Shown: in pieces, positions 1 through 15,735 of the stretch
How positions within the stretch are numbered: the first letter of the stretch is position 1
Layout: every line of letters begins with the position of its first letter
Assembly (NCBI GenBank): GCA_964016885.1
Contig: OZ024740.1
Span: forward strand, 210,304,001 to 210,368,000
Direction of reading: 5' to 3'
DNA: 64,000 nt
Source of the DNA: Eledone cirrhosa
Taxonomy: Eukaryota
Program-made: the position numbers and the translations under genes
Notes under the pieces: generated by a model
Database searches by the model: none
Told to the model about the DNA's origin: nothing
What the model saw: the letters and a program-made list of their open reading frames with translations, nothing else

Positions 1-1260
1 CACAAAGTATACAGTTAATATTCAATTCTTTATCAATTTAGAATCTTTTCTCAAAGGCACATATACATACACCTCTTTAAAATATACCCATCTACCTTAC
101 TTTAAAGGGCATTATACACTCTATAATACTCGTTTACTCATTTCCCTCATCCTATCTTCTCGTAAAACAATAACATTTGTTTTTGACATTTTGAATATTC
201 ATCCGCAATCATTATTATTTTTTTTTCCCTCTATCATAAATCTTTTTAATCTCAATTTCATCCTTAATTTATTATTATATATTTTTTTTAATATATACTC
301 ATATATTCTTTAAAATATACCCATCTACCTTACTTTAAAGGGCATTATACACTCTATAATACCCGTTTACTCATCACCCTCATTATATCTCCTCGTAAAA
401 CAATAACATTTGTTTTTGACATTTTGAGTATTCATCCGCAATCATTATTATTTTTTCTCTCTATCATAAATCTTTTTAATCTCAATTTCATCCTTAATTT
501 ATTATTATTTTTTTCTCCCCATCAACGAACTCATTATTAATACATATGAATTCAATATAAAAACTTTAACTTCACATTATTTTTCTCAAATCCTTCTACA
601 CATAAACTTTTTCTCTTTGCTAATTTTAAAATTCCTACATTTCTCCTTTTGACGTTAGAATATTCACCCACAATTATTATTTTTTTCTCTCTATCTCCAT
701 ACATAATTTCCCTTCGTTATTTTTTTCTCTCTATCTCCATACATAATTTCCCTTCGTTAATTTTCAAATTCCTTTAATTTATACATTATCTTCCAACGGT
801 TCCCAACCTCTCTATATTAAAACATTATATCTTTTTCTCAGTTATAAAAACTATCTCTTTCTCTCTATCACCCATCTCTCCCTTTCCACCTTCACTCTCA
901 TCTCCTCCCCTTTTTTTCATCCTTTCCACCCCCACCCCTCCCTAAATATAATATATTTTTTCCTCGCACATATCCTCCCTTCGTTAATTTTCAAAATTTT
1001 TAATTTATACAGTATCTTCCAACGGTTTTCAACCCCTCTATATAAAATATATCTCCTCTCAGTTATAAAAACTATCTCTTTCTCTCTATCACCCATCTCT
1101 CCCTCTCATCTCCTTCCCTTTTCATCCTTTTCTCTCCCCCCCTCTCTAAATAAAATATTTTTCCCAATATCACACATCAATCTAAAACCACTTTTCATAT
1201 GTTGATTTAAAACTGCACTATCAACAAGTGTTTTTTTAGCCTTCATATCATGTTCTCCTG

Positions 1261-1327
1261 TTTTATCTGATGAAAACACAAATATTATTGTTTGATGATG
1301 TTTGTTTTTGAAATGCGCATAATAAAA
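1261..1327 (+). ncRNA. Type I hammerhead ribozyme (HHR)
   Basis: TTTTAT-CTGATGA-stem II-GAAA-TGCGCA-TA-ATAAAA; stem I TTTTAT/ATAAAA, palindromic stem III, about 130 nt before a (TA)n tract. Confidence 0.85.
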
Positions 1328-1450
1328 TATATTGAACTCCTTTAACCATCTTTTGATCTTATATTATGCATACTCCAGTCCCACAAACTGTAGAGTGCTT
1401 CTTATCCGATATCTGCATTGCTTTATTGTACTACAATAAAACTCACCTCC

Positions 1451-1488
<38 letters not shown>

Positions 1489-1536
1489 AGACGTAAAATA
1501 AGAAAATTATAAAATTAACTTACTTACTAAAATATC

Positions 1537-1618
1537 ACTTCCAACTAATTAGTTTCTGGAATGGAGTAGATACATCTTCCGAAGAAGGTGTAGAGAAACA
1601 TCCCGTCATCAGGAAAGT
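1537..1618 (-). ncRNA. Type I HHR, extended stem II
   Basis: ACTTTC-CTGATGA-long hairpin-GAAA-CTAATTAG-TT-GGAAGT on the minus strand. Confidence 0.85.
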
Positions 1619-2117
1619 CAATTCTCATATAAGTTTCCAGGCAAAGCGAGGACTCTGGGAGCTTATTAAAAAATAAATCAGTGAATAGGAAATAGCAGAG
1701 CGTGGACTTAATTCCTAGCCATTGAGAAAATCACTGCCTCTGTGTCTGTGGCAAATTCAAAAAGAATCGAACACGTGACATCGAGGTCAATCGGTGGAAA
1801 GTGGGTTGTTAATAAGACAGCGGCCAGCCTACTACCGTAGCAGCAGCCATGGCCAGTATTGCTCGACAAATATTTTGGAGATAATAATAAAGAATTTATA
1901 TCTAGTAACATATATATACATACAAATGCATATCGATGCTAGCAAATATATAGGTTTTGTCTTAATAACATTGTGGTTCAATGCATGGGGTTGCAGAACA
2001 ATAATATAAGAGACGTAAAATAAGAAAATTATACGCTCTGCTATTTCCTATTCACTGATTTATTTTTTAATAAGCTCCCAGAGTCCTCGCTTTGCCTGGA
2101 AACTTATATTAGAATTG

Positions 2118-2199
2118 ACTTTCCTGATGACGGGATGTTTCTCTACACCTTCTTCGGAAGATGTATCTACTCCATTCCAGAAACTAATTAATTGGAAGT
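2118..2199 (+). ncRNA. Type I HHR (inverted copy of 1537-1618)
   Basis: Same motif with one stem III substitution. Confidence 0.8.
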
Positions 2200-2368
2200 G
2201 ATATTTTAGTAAGTAAGTTAATTTTATAATTTTCTTATTTTACGTCTCTTATATTATTGTTCTGCAACCCCATGCATTGAACCACAATGTTATTAAGACA
2301 AAACCTATATATTTGCTAGCATCGATATGCATTTGTATGTATATATATGTTACTAGATATAAATTCTT

Positions 2369-2450
<82 letters not shown>

Positions 2451-3446
2451 TTATGGACAACAACAACCACCCATAGTTTGTGGTCCCTATGGTGGATGGT
2501 CCACCGGATCCTCTACTGGTTAGGAGACATCTAAACCACGTTTTATTGAACCTGATTTTATATATATATATGTATATATATATCATGTGTATATATATAT
2601 ATATTTTATATGTGTATATATGTGTATTTTATATATATGTATGTATATATATGTATATATTTTATATATATATATATATGTATGTTTTATGAGTGTATAT
2701 ATTTTATGTATGTGTGTATTTTATGTATATAGATATTTTTTATATTTTTATATGTATATATTTTATATATATGTATGTTCTGTGTATATATATTTTATAT
2801 ATATATATACCTGTGCGTACATACATGCATACATATATACACACCTGTATGGATATGTGTGTGTAGATGTGTGAGTGTCTTAGGGGGTAGGTGTGACTGT
2901 ATGTACAAGTCAACCAGCATAAATCTTTTATTTCTAAATTTTCTAAACTATCTAAGTATTGGACTCTAACCATTATATTAAGTATTACCACCCCACATTT
3001 TGTATGTGTGGATGTGTGTGTGTGTCTGTGGAGGTGGGTGTGAGTGTAGTGCAAGCCAACATACATAAGTTTTTTATTTGTAAATTTTCTACTCCAACCA
3101 TAAATTTCAGTAGAACCACTCCACATAAATTCCTCAATTTAAGAATGACCTGTAGTATCTGTTTCATACTATTAACCTTAATTGAATATATATCTGACTA
3201 GGAATGCTTTCTGTGAAAATCAGTCATATGGAACTATTGTCATCTTGCCTGACGGTTTGAACTTTACAACACCACCTGCTTCTTTGAGGTCAAATACCAA
3301 CCCTACTACCATCTACAAACTGACCAATGAGAATCAAAACTATTCCTGCTGACAACATTAAATTATTCCTAACAAGCTCATATGTCCCAAGGCTCTGATG
3401 CCATCAACACTATAAACACAGAGCTGACATATCTAAGAACTGATTA

Positions 3447-3502
3447 ACTGCCTGATGAGGTCATAGCCATTCAATGGCTATCATCGAAATATATATAGCA
3501 GT
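3447..3502 (+). ncRNA. Type I HHR at the 3' end of element ~2455-3547
   Basis: ACTGC-CTGATGA-G..ATAGCCA/TGGCTAT..C-GAAA-TATATA-TA-GCAGT followed by AATAAA. Confidence 0.9.
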
Positions 3503-3543
3503 AAATAAAGGATTATGAGTTCATGCAATTGACTTATGTTTTG

Positions 3544-3697
<154 letters not shown>

Positions 3698-3749
3698 TAT
3701 ATATACATATATATATTTATATATATATATATATACACATATATATATT

Positions 3750-4109
<360 letters not shown>

Positions 4110-4157
4110 AATATATAAATATATATATGTATATATATATATATAAATCTATAAATA

Positions 4158-4222
<65 letters not shown>

Positions 4223-4234
4223 ATATATATATAA

Positions 4235-4315
<81 letters not shown>

Positions 4316-4355
4316 GAGAGATTACAGTAATCGAAGTTCAGTTTAAGTCATTTAT

Positions 4356-4404
4356 TTGCTTACAATTGTTTCCTCCAAACCGAGGTTTGGATTCTTCGGA
4401 GCAA
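4356..4404 (-). ncRNA. HHR, U4C core variant (CCGAAGA)
   Basis: TTGCT-CCGAAGA-ATCCAAACCTCGGTTTGGAG-GAAA-CAATTG-TA-AGCAA. Confidence 0.8.
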
Positions 4405-6120
4405 CTATTTATAACATACTTGACCTCCTTTTCAACCCAAAAGACACATAAAACATATGCGCATATTGATCAACAGTGGGGTGACATTCATCAAATGATA
4501 TAGCATGGCAATTTACATATAAAGGTTACAGGATAAAAATAAAATAAAATAAAAACAAGAGTGAAAATAAGAGTGAAAATAAAGATAAACATGAAGCGTT
4601 GGCAGTCTATGAAGATAAAGCAAGAGGAAAGCTTAGAGTAGTCAGGGTATGAAACAATCTCCCGTGTAGCATGCACGCGTGTCTTATCTATACATGATTA
4701 GAGTGCGTCAGAATGATATTTGCAGGGTCAGGCAGTTGAAGCAGGCAATCGATCTTATTATATAGGCTGAATTATTAAGTCATTTATTCTCATACATCTG
4801 TATGATATACAGTCTCGGATGCGGGGAAACACCAAAATATCAAAAACCATCAACATACTATAAACCTTATTGTATCGTAGGCAAGGTCGTACCACTGTCC
4901 TTGCTCACACCACCACTCACATAATCCATGAGACGCAATATATATATAGAGAACACGCGTCTATCGTGTAATTCGCAGTGGTTCAGCATATAGTCAAGCT
5001 ATAAACCGTATCCAGTCGGTTCTTAATTAATATATCATGCTGTCCAGATTCCGGAAGTGCCTGAATGACTAAGGGGAATTAATGCGTAAGGGGAGGTAAC
5101 TAGCTAGTTATCTTAGTTACATTACTATGCTAAACTACATTAATGGTGATTCAAATACGTGCCTATCATGTGAAGTTATAACTAATATCTAGAGTATGTT
5201 ACCCATTTATAGGTTAGAGAGTTGTCCATTAAGAAGTACAAGGGTGTATATATTAGGATGATTACCATCCATTAATTAAGGGGTGTCATATCTGAACGTT
5301 CTATAAGAGGAGTCAGACTCTCAAGTCACTGCTCCATGCAAATGTAATATAACAGTAGGACCTGGTATGGTCCCACTATTATATATGCCACCCGGTAGGC
5401 TCCGGGTCATTGCTTGCCTGCATCTCCAGTAAATCATCGGTATGGTCCGGAGATCCAATCTCTCATATAAATGCACTAGTCTGGCCATCAAGCAATGGGC
5501 AACCCCCGTCTCAAATATAAATCAATTATGTATCACATCTCCAAGCTAGAGTGGAGTCTATTAATAGGTATTAAAGGAGTCCACATCAAGATGATTACGT
5601 GCATAATTCAATGAACTGATCGCTTACAGTATATAATCACTTAACAATACGATTATCTATCTAATCATCAATCTATCTCTTGGTGGTATTCCATGCACAG
5701 GACTATACTATCGCAACCAGTACCGTGTCCCCAATTTATACTAATCTTATATTTGTGCAATGCAGAATAAGTAGTCCACGGTCGAGATATCAGTATTAGA
5801 GGTACAAGGGGGTATTCCCAGGGTAGGTGGTACTAAAAAGCTGTCAGTATTATCTTTAGAGTATAGAGATGGGTGTGGATGTGAGGTGTAAGGTCTGCTA
5901 CTGATGTTAATTGCTAGGGGTGGTGCCGGTTCCAGTCTGACATTATTATATATAGGGTTTAAAGTTTTGGAACGAGTGTCGGAAGCGGTGTTGGCAATTT
6001 GCGAAGACTTCTGATTTTTTATTAAGGAGATTATGTTTAGAGAAGATGATAGTATGGGTCTCTAGTAGACAGAGGTTACAAAATGTATCAGGTGGTTTGT
6101 ACCAAATATGTTATAAATAG

Positions 6121-6169
6121 TTGCTCCGAAGAATCCAAACCTCGGTTTGGAGGAAACAATTGTAAGCAA
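6121..6169 (+). ncRNA. HHR, U4C core variant (inverted copy)
   Basis: Same motif as 4356-4404, overlapped by AATAAA. Confidence 0.8.
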
Positions 6170-6374
6170 ATAAATGACTTAAACTGAACTTCGATTACTG
6201 TAATCTCTATATAACTGCTCTGTAAAACAACTGATGTTATTACATTGAGCTATTTATCTTACTGGTAATAGGATAGTAATCAATGACTATCTCTCACTAC
6301 TTAGGGTTTGTGTATATATAATATATTACCATCAAAGGTTTTATTGCATACATAACCATAAATAGTACCCTTAA

Positions 6375-6446
<72 letters not shown>

Positions 6447-6450
<4 letters not shown>

Positions 6451-6659
6451 GTAAGGTTGCAAGACAAGATAAATGCCGGCTGAGCACTCAATGCTCGCGC
6501 AGAGCAGAGTATAATTATGATAAGGAACAAGGATTCAGTGTTGCATCATACCATATTTAATAACATATTACATATGTTACTCTATCGATCAGCTCGAGGC
6601 AAGATCTATTATAGATCGAACGTGACTCTGTAATCGAAAGTTTGAACTCATATACCAAA
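6447..6659 (-). repeat. Right arm of inverted repeat with 3750-3960
   Basis: Reverse complement of 3750-3960. Confidence 0.9.
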
Positions 6660-6671
6660 TATATATATGTG

Positions 6672-6729
<58 letters not shown>

Positions 6730-6916
6730 TCTCTCTGTGCATGTGTACTTACGACATTATCAAATGTTCAGAGCCCAAGGATGTTAGTTTCATTTGTATT
6801 GTTTCGCTTGATTTTATTTGGCACAAACAAAAACAAAATATTGTGAAAACAAACGTGAAGTTATCTAAACGAAACTCTTTCTGGCACATAAAACATCTAA
6901 AGTTAATGAATATTCG

Positions 6917-7017
<101 letters not shown>

Positions 7018-7082
7018 CACACATATATATATACACACATATATATACATATATATATGTATATATATAAATATGTGTGTCA

Positions 7083-7139
<57 letters not shown>

Positions 7140-7140
7140 T

Positions 7141-7791
<651 letters not shown>

Positions 7792-8045
7792 TGTAACGAC
7801 ATCCAGATGTACGGAAAAAACAAGTGTTTTGCATAAGAGGTAAATATTTAACCTAAAAATATGGTTTTATTGCCAAAGATATTTCTTGTAGCATGATTTT
7901 TAGGAAAATGTAGTTTATTTTGTATTATATCCATGTAAACAATGTTGCGTTAGTTTCGTAAAGGATTTCAATGTAGCGAAATTTTCCTGTTATAAATATT
8001 AAATAAACACTGTAAAGGAGCCAATTATAAGAATTACACGCCTTC

Positions 8046-8077
<32 letters not shown>

Positions 8078-8151
8078 ATGTGTGTTAATTTGATTAAAAT
8101 AACAAGAGACCGGACTGGTAATATTCCTTTAAAGTTTTATTGTTGTAAAAA

Positions 8152-8211
8152 GCACTATATATATATTTCAATGGCCTGGCTACGCAATATCCTGACGACA
8201 TCATCAGGTTT
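8152..8211 (-). ncRNA. HHR with decayed stem I, related to the 55.1-55.6 kb family
   Basis: CTGATGA..GAAA-TATATATA-TA; downstream flank similar to 55141-55190. Confidence 0.6.
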
Positions 8212-8746
8212 GGATTGTATAATTAGTTAATCAATAAAGCAATTACGGCCAACGCAAACACAAACATATAGATACGCACGCCCCCCCCCCCCCCACACAC
8301 ACATAAACGCACACACACACACGCAAGCATACATATACACATACAAGTGTATGCGTATATGGATAGAGAAATAGGCATGTAGCCAAGAGCGTGTATATGT
8401 GTATGTGTGAGTGTGTGTGTACGTGTGTGTGTGTGTAAGTGTGTGTAAGTGTGTATGTGTGTGTGTGAGTATGTGGTGAGTGCGTTTATGCATCAGAGGC
8501 TTACTCTTTGAGGCACGAATATTTATTAAAACATACGTGTGTGTGTGTTGATGTGTGTGTGTTTTTATGTATGTATGTATATATATTTGTGTTTATTCTT
8601 AGACATATGTTATGTTGGTGTCGAGTAGTGTATACTACTTTACAGTAATATTTCTTACTGAGTGACCCTGTAAGGTCAAATTAGTTACATTTCTTAATAT
8701 TAATGCTTTCCTCCTTCATTCTTTCGCACATACACACGCAAACGCA

Positions 8747-8850
<104 letters not shown>

Positions 8851-9139
8851 TATCTAAACCTCCTCTGCACAATGTATGATTCCCGCGTACGTTTTACGCA
8901 TATATGTCATTTCTGTATGTACTTTACAAAATAAACCACATACGCACGAGCCAATAAAATGGGCATACACGTGGTTACTCAAAAAGCAAGAAATAACAGA
9001 CAAATCCTTCTCAAACAACACCCTATCGTCTAAAAAAAATAAGAACTCGGTATGGAATGGACTTCTGTCGGTTTCGATGATAAATGTTCTAGTTATTGAT
9101 TTAATGGAACAACCTGCTCCGAGATTTAACATCTAAGCA

Positions 9140-9432
9140 GTCGGGCATGCCTCAGAAACGTGCATCCTTAACGTTATTTTCTGGGAGATTCTATGTGACA
9201 CAAGTGTAACAAGGCCTAGCTATTTAACTTATAGTCTTTACAACAGGTTTCCAAATAGTTTCCGTTTACCTAATCCCTTTAACAATGTTTAGTTCGACCT
9301 GAGGCTTGACTAAATGACACTTGCCTAAGGTGCCATGCCGTTAGATTGAATCGAGAATGTAGGTGTATCAAGGGCGGTGCCCCAGCATGGCCTCAGCCGG
9401 ATGGCTGAAACAGGTAAAAGAGTAAAAGAGTA
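9140..9432. mobile_element. SINE fragments (octopus-type)
   Basis: CACTTGCCTAAGGTGCC tRNA-head remnant on minus strand plus GGCGGTGCCCCAGCATGGC..GTAAAAGA tail; similar sequence at 63490-63770 and 58500-58600. Confidence 0.6.
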
Positions 9433-9480
9433 TGTGTCTCTGCATACATGCTTTTTGTGTTTGTGTATACGTGTCTGTAT

Positions 9481-9630
9481 AGGTGGCGAATTGTCAGAGT
9501 CGTTAGAATGTCAGATAGAATGCTTTAAGGTACTCGTTCCTGCTCTCTGAATTCAAATCCCGCCGAGGTCAACTTTGCCTTTCATCATTTCGAGGTCGAT
9601 AAAAAAGTACCAGTCTAGTACTGGAGTTGA
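9481..9630 (+). mobile_element. tRNA-derived SINE
   Basis: A-box-like GGCGAATTG, B-box-like TTCAAATCCC, central CTTTGCCTTTCATC..GTCGATAAA..AGTACCAG shared by many copies in the window. Confidence 0.75.
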
Positions 9631-10199
9631 TTCTTCCTTTATAGTAATTTTTAATTTCCTCTCTCTCACTTTCTATCTTTCTCTGGAAGATATCTGCTGT
9701 ACTCAGGCCTGGAGAGGGATAGGCTTCGCCAGGCTTAAAATGTCCAATAAACGCTGTATGTCAATATGGCGCCCCAACGACTCTATCGGGAGTTACGGGA
9801 TCACTCATACATAGAAACGTGTCTGTATGTGTGGTTGTGTTATTCTAAAGTATTTATTTCGTAAAACAATGGTGAGACGCTAAAGGATATTGCTCTTTTA
9901 GTTTGTGCTTATTCGGTCTGAGTATGTTGTATTCACAAAAACGTCTGTATGCATGCAATGGATGTGTATAGGACCCACCAGTAAAATTGATTGGAAAGTA
10001 TTTGTAAAATTTTGATTCAATGATTTCTAATTCAGTCACAAAGCCAGCAAATTTGGATGAAGCTGTTTGGCTACGTCAAAGGTTGTCACTAAGGCGACTA
10101 AGGAATCCCATCTACTTCGGTTTTGAAATCTTCTCTTAGACAGACTTCCAACCAAGGCTAACGAGTTTTGTCAACCCTTTTTTTCTTTGCATTTCTTTT

Positions 10200-10322
10200 T
10201 ACTCATTAATGAATGACCATTGCCTCTCCTGAGTTCTTCCGTCCTTTGACGGGTCTTGTTTTTCATCCCGCAGCATGTCCAAAAAACCATTCTCCTCACC
10301 AAGACAGCTTTCTGTGGTTGCG
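10200..10322 (-). mobile_element. RTE-type 5' UTR fragment
   Basis: Similar to 45370-45470 (CTTGGTGAGGAG..GGACAT..GTCAAAG). Confidence 0.55.
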
Positions 10323-10344
10323 CATATACATACTTATATACATG

Positions 10345-10534
<190 letters not shown>

Positions 10535-11239
10535 AAATGCACCAAGCAGCCGAAGCGTACGATAAAATTCTATTTGTATATCTAGAGAGCGACTAACCGA
10601 GACTGCGGCAATATATACACGAGTATATACACATTTAATATATAGACATGTAAACGTGCCAGAAAATACGAATTTCCCTGTAAATTTGAAAAATGATGAT
10701 TATCTTTAATTGATTTTCGGACATAGTTGGGTCATGCCCAGAAGATGTATATATAACAACCACAGAGAAAATATTTTCTACAAATCTTCTTTGTAGTGAA
10801 AATTACAAGCATAAGTTTCAGGCTAAAAATGCTTTATATACAGGATACTGAAAACAAGCTAATATTATCCTACCTGTACGTGGTTATTTGTTGTCCAGAA
10901 TAAGTGTACAAAAATTCCGAAATGTTTCGCTGTTGATGTTATTATTATTGTTGTTACTGGGTGGCTGCTGGGATGCGTAATCGAGGAGGGGACAGACACT
11001 ACCCTCCTGGATATCAAAAGGACAGAGAGAGAGAGGACGGGAGCTTAAATTATAATTGGTAGTGCTCAGTAATTTTGTATATAAACTAATATCGTGAAGG
11101 GAAAATAAGTGCATTAGCAGTTCACACACACACACGCACACACATACATACACACATATATATATATATATATATATATGACATGGCTTCAGTTAACAGA
11201 TAAAAGATAAAAGATAATGATAAATACATACATACAGAT

Positions 11240-11334
<95 letters not shown>

Positions 11335-11404
11335 TATATATATATACATACTGACAGACAGAAATGCATGCATACTCACATTCACACATACAATTTGTAT
11401 GCAT

Positions 11405-11592
11405 GGGGGATTGGCAGTATCGGTAAAGGGTCGGACGCCATGCTTTGAAGCATAGAGTTACCACCCTTTATGATCTGAGTTCAAATCCCGTCGAGGTTAA
11501 CTTTGTCTTTCATCCTTACGGGGTCGATAACATAAAGTACCAGTAATACACTGGGATAATTGCTGGCCTTGTGCCAAAAGTAGAAACAATTA
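11405..11592 (+). mobile_element. tRNA-derived SINE
   Basis: GGATTGGCAG..GAGTTCAAATCCC..CATCCTTACGGGGTCGATAA..GGCCTTGTGCCAAAAGTAGAAAC. Confidence 0.8.
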
Positions 11593-12009
11593 TTTTATAT
11601 TTATGTGTGTACGTGTGTGTATGTGTGTGTGTTTATGTGTGTGCGTTGGTGTATTAGTACGATCGTGTCTATCTCACTGAACCTGAACTGTTAGGTGAGT
11701 TTAAGTATGTCATGGAAGTATGTTATCTCTCTTTGGCGATCTATTTTGTAGAAAACAACAAAAGCTTGTCGAAACGGTAGATAATGGAGAGAAAAAATGA
11801 CTTAATCGCCATATTTAGTGCCTCTGATAATAAACATTACTCTCTCACCAACGCTCTTTCGGCGTTTCCTCGTTGTTGGGAATGTTTCTAAGGTTCTTTT
11901 TCCATTACTCTGGGGGTCAATCGCTTGTGAATTAGATTAATGTTGTGACAGTATATCGAGTTCGATATACAATACCACAAAGACAAAAACGAATAACATT
12001 AGTTTAACC

Positions 12010-12322
12010 CAGGGGTGTGCAACATATTCCATTGGCGGGCCACTTTTGAACATTGGAACATCTATTAGGGCCATTAATATTTATTAAGCACTATTCCAAA
12101 GATTCACCACAACTTCTTTCCATAACATAGAACTGGGAAATTATGACACACATAACCCTATCAGTGAAACCCTTTAAGTCAAATAACAGAAAATTGTATT
12201 ACGGTTACAAAAAAATTCTAAATAAGCCTACAAGGTAAAAATTAAAAATAGTCATCGCAGGCCACTCTGACTGGTCTGGTGGGCCAGATTGTGGCCCGCG
12301 GGCCGCCTGTTTCACGCCCCTG
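12010..12322. mobile_element. hAT (Charlie-like) non-autonomous element
   Basis: CAGGGG..CCCCTG termini, GCGGGCC subterminal motifs, 8-bp TSD GTTTAACC. Confidence 0.85.
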
Positions 12323-14139
12323 GTTTAACCTTTTATTCATTATTCACATTTCTTAACTAAAAAAATTCGGCACAAGCGTCATCGATAAGCAAAGTCAACT
12401 CGTTGTTAATCAACAGTATGCATTTAATGCAGAATTTGAGGAGGAAGCTCTGTAAGTTTTAAGTCTATAATACAGTGTGATATGTTTTTATATAATATAG
12501 GATGCAGGAGAATATCCATGTTGAGAGGGAGTTCATTGGGAATAAGTTTGCTTAGACTTCGTTCATAAATGTTTCTCACATCAGTGATATATTTTGATAT
12601 CCCTATATCAAATAAAAGTTCTTTTATTGTTCTTTTATCTCGAACTCAGATGATTTACTATGAGTGGTATCTCTGGCAAATCCTATTCAAGTATTGTTCT
12701 ATAACATATTGTAATGTGACAAGGGTAGTAGGCTCCATACGCCACCCAGTTTAATACCACCAGCTGGTCCTCGGTTGTCTTTGACACTGTTTACTCTGTA
12801 ACAGATATTCAACGTTCTTCCTGCAGATATTGATCTTCAGATGTTTAGGTTTGTCATTGGCTATATCAAACTTACCAGTCCGGGAGGGCCTGCAAACGAC
12901 AGGACTACTATCACCCTCCTTTGATTAATCTCTAGATGTACATAGCATACAACTATATTTTAAGAATGGAGATAACAAGTTTAATGGTTAAGGAAGTAAG
13001 TTGGAGGGAGAAGGGAAATAAGAAGTTTAATGTTATCTACTGTCGTTAAATTTCTTAATCGCGAAATGACTCCAACTGGGAAACAAAACTGGATTGAGGA
13101 CTCAGCTCAGCATGATCTTCATTTTATTTTACATCACTAGATTGTATGTATGTATAGACTTCTGATAGTGTGGTAGCGGCGTCGTCGGTGAAATACGGTG
13201 TGTCTGGACATTTAAAATCTAACGGAGTCTATCCCTTCTCTTGGTCTGAACACAGTCGATTTCTTCTAGAGAATGAGAAAGAGAGGGGGGGGGGGAGATT
13301 GACCCAGTACTTGGCTGGTATTTATTCTTATTGACTTCGAATTGAAAGACAAAGTTGACTTCGGCGAGATTTGAAGAACTTAGAGAGCCAGAACGAATAC
13401 CGACTCTGCCAGTTCATAGCCTTATCTCTAATCCTATTAATATGTACCATCAGGGTGGTTTGTCCATTATCCCGTTGACTCTGTTGCGGAGTTCCATATG
13501 ACGGTTTAGATTGCCTACTTTGGTTTCAAATGATTATGACTTAAAATTTGGAATTATCCTTTAGTCCAACAATACCAATTAAATATAAATCAGAAATATA
13601 ATGACTCAGAGTCTCTCCACTATCTTCAGCGTATTGTATAATTTAAAAGTTTTGTGCCTAAAAGTAGAACCCCCTCCCCCATAATTTTCGTACAATGAAT
13701 AACTGGAGCTTTGTTTAGAATTAAAATTGAAAGAAATCAGCATTGTCTCCCTTGTGCTGTATATACTCACGCCCTCTCTTTAGAGTTTGATGCGCTGAGT
13801 CAAAAGAGTCAAGTATTTTTGCTATAGACCAGTGGTTCTTAATGTTTCCTTGACTAAGGACCCATATCATTTAAATTAGTTTTCCCACGGACAATTTTCC
13901 TCTCTACATTTACTACCCACCCCTATTGATATGTAGTGATAATAACAATTTAAAGAGAGGAATGCTTGTACTTAGAGAAGAATGGAAACACAATAGCAAA
14001 GTACTTGGAGATTTGTGTTTATAACAAAGCACTTGGAAATTCGAACTTAGCTCAGGTGAACCGCTTCTATTGACGCTGCATACTGACAGGTTATCTGACA
14101 TAGTATGAACTTAGCTAGCTGTGGATCTTATAAGTAAAC

Positions 14140-14985
14140 AATAATTGTTTCTGCTTTTGGCACAAGGCCAGCAATTATCCCAGTGCATTACTGGTGCTTT
14201 ATTTTATCGACCCCGTAAGGATGAAAGGCAAAGTTAACCTCGGCGGGATTATAACTAAACAATAATTGTTTCTACTTTAGGCACAAGGCCAGCAATTACC
14301 CAGTACATTACTGGTACTTTATTTTATCGACCCCGTAAGGATGAAAGGCAAAGTTAACCTCGGCGGGATTTGAACTCAGACTGTAAAGGGACGTAACTAT
14401 GCTAGAAAGCATGGCGTCCAACCCTCTACCGATACTGCCAATTCACTGATTTCTAATATACAACAATGAATGATTTCTTATTTAGACAAAAGGCCAACAA
14501 TTTGTGGGAAGAGGAAATTCGAATATGTCGGCCCCAGTTCTTTACTGTCTCTTTATTTTATCGACATCAGAAGGATGGAAAACAAAGTTGCCCTCGGCGG
14601 GATTTGAACTCAAAATATAAAGAACAGGAGTAAATGCCACGAAGCATTTTATCCGACGCTCTAACGATTCTGCCAATCTATACGCAGTGATAATAATTGT
14701 TTCTACTTTAGGCACAAGGCCAGCAATTACCCAGTGCATTACTGGTACTTTATTTTATCGACCCTGTAAGGATGAAAGGCAAAGTTTAATAATAGTTTCT
14801 TATATAGGCACAAGGCCAGCAGTTTTGGGGGAGGGGAAAGTCCATTAAATCGACCCCAGAGCGTGACTGGTACTTTATTTTATCGACCCCCGTAAGGATG
14901 AAAGGCAAAGTTAATCTCGGCGGAATTTGAACTCAGATCATAAAGGGCCGTAACTCTATGTTGCAAAGCATGGCGTCCGACCCTC
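14140..14985 (-). mobile_element. Cluster of about five tandem or truncated tRNA-SINE copies
   Basis: Repeated ATCGACCCCGTAAGGATGAAAGGCAAAGTTAACCTCGG. Confidence 0.85.
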
Positions 14986-15641
14986 TGATAATAATAAAAA
15001 GAAAAAAAGAGAAATGTTTATATTTAGAGAAGAATGGATACCTAATAGCATGTGTATATCATCTACTTAAAATTATGGTCTTAGATCATGAGAGCTGCTG
15101 TTATAAACGTTGTACACTGGCCGGTTGTCCGGCATAGTATGAACTTAACCAGCTGTGACTCCTATCATAGAAAATAATAACTTTAGGATGGTTAAACCGT
15201 AAACAATGTCAAAAAAGATTAGTGCAAAACCTGAGGAGCTGAGCAAATTGAAATATAATCCATCAATGACAAGAATGCATAATTTGTTAATGATTTTCTG
15301 TGTGAATTCTATCGTTGTGTAATATTTACAGATCTTTTAATTGCTTTCTAAAGGATGTTTGTAAGGATAATGTTAAAATACCGGTGTATCCATTTCAACA
15401 TTTAGCATTCAAAGAATATAAGTGAACATTAGGAAGAGATATTTTCTAAGACAATTCATATATCGTGTAAGCAACTAACCCGTTAGACATGTATCTTTGT
15501 ACATAAAGCCCTATACATTTACAGACAGACATACAGAGACACAGAAACAGACCGACAAAGATATAGACAGGCGGATAGATATAGATAAATAGATAGATAG
15601 AGAGATAGGTAGGTAGGTAGATATATAGGTAGGTGTGTAGG

Positions 15642-15735
<94 letters not shown>

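Larger units (their letters stand above)
1486..2372. mobile_element. Non-autonomous HHR element with ~522-nt unit and inverted arm
   Basis: AAGAGACGTAAAATAAG recurs at 1486 and 2008; 2034-2372 is an inverted copy; (TA)n on both sides. Confidence 0.85.
4316..6378 (-). mobile_element. ~2-kb non-coding HHR element with inverted end
   Basis: 4316-4410 is inverted at ~6107-6210; no ORF of 60 aa or more between 4676 and 6297; related copy at 29942-30577. Confidence 0.8.

Noticed and set aside
9481-9570. tRNA-like A/B boxes
   Set aside because: SINE heads, no cloverleaf
13830-13900. CAGTGGTTCTTAA hAT-like terminus
   Set aside because: No matching second terminus or TSD found
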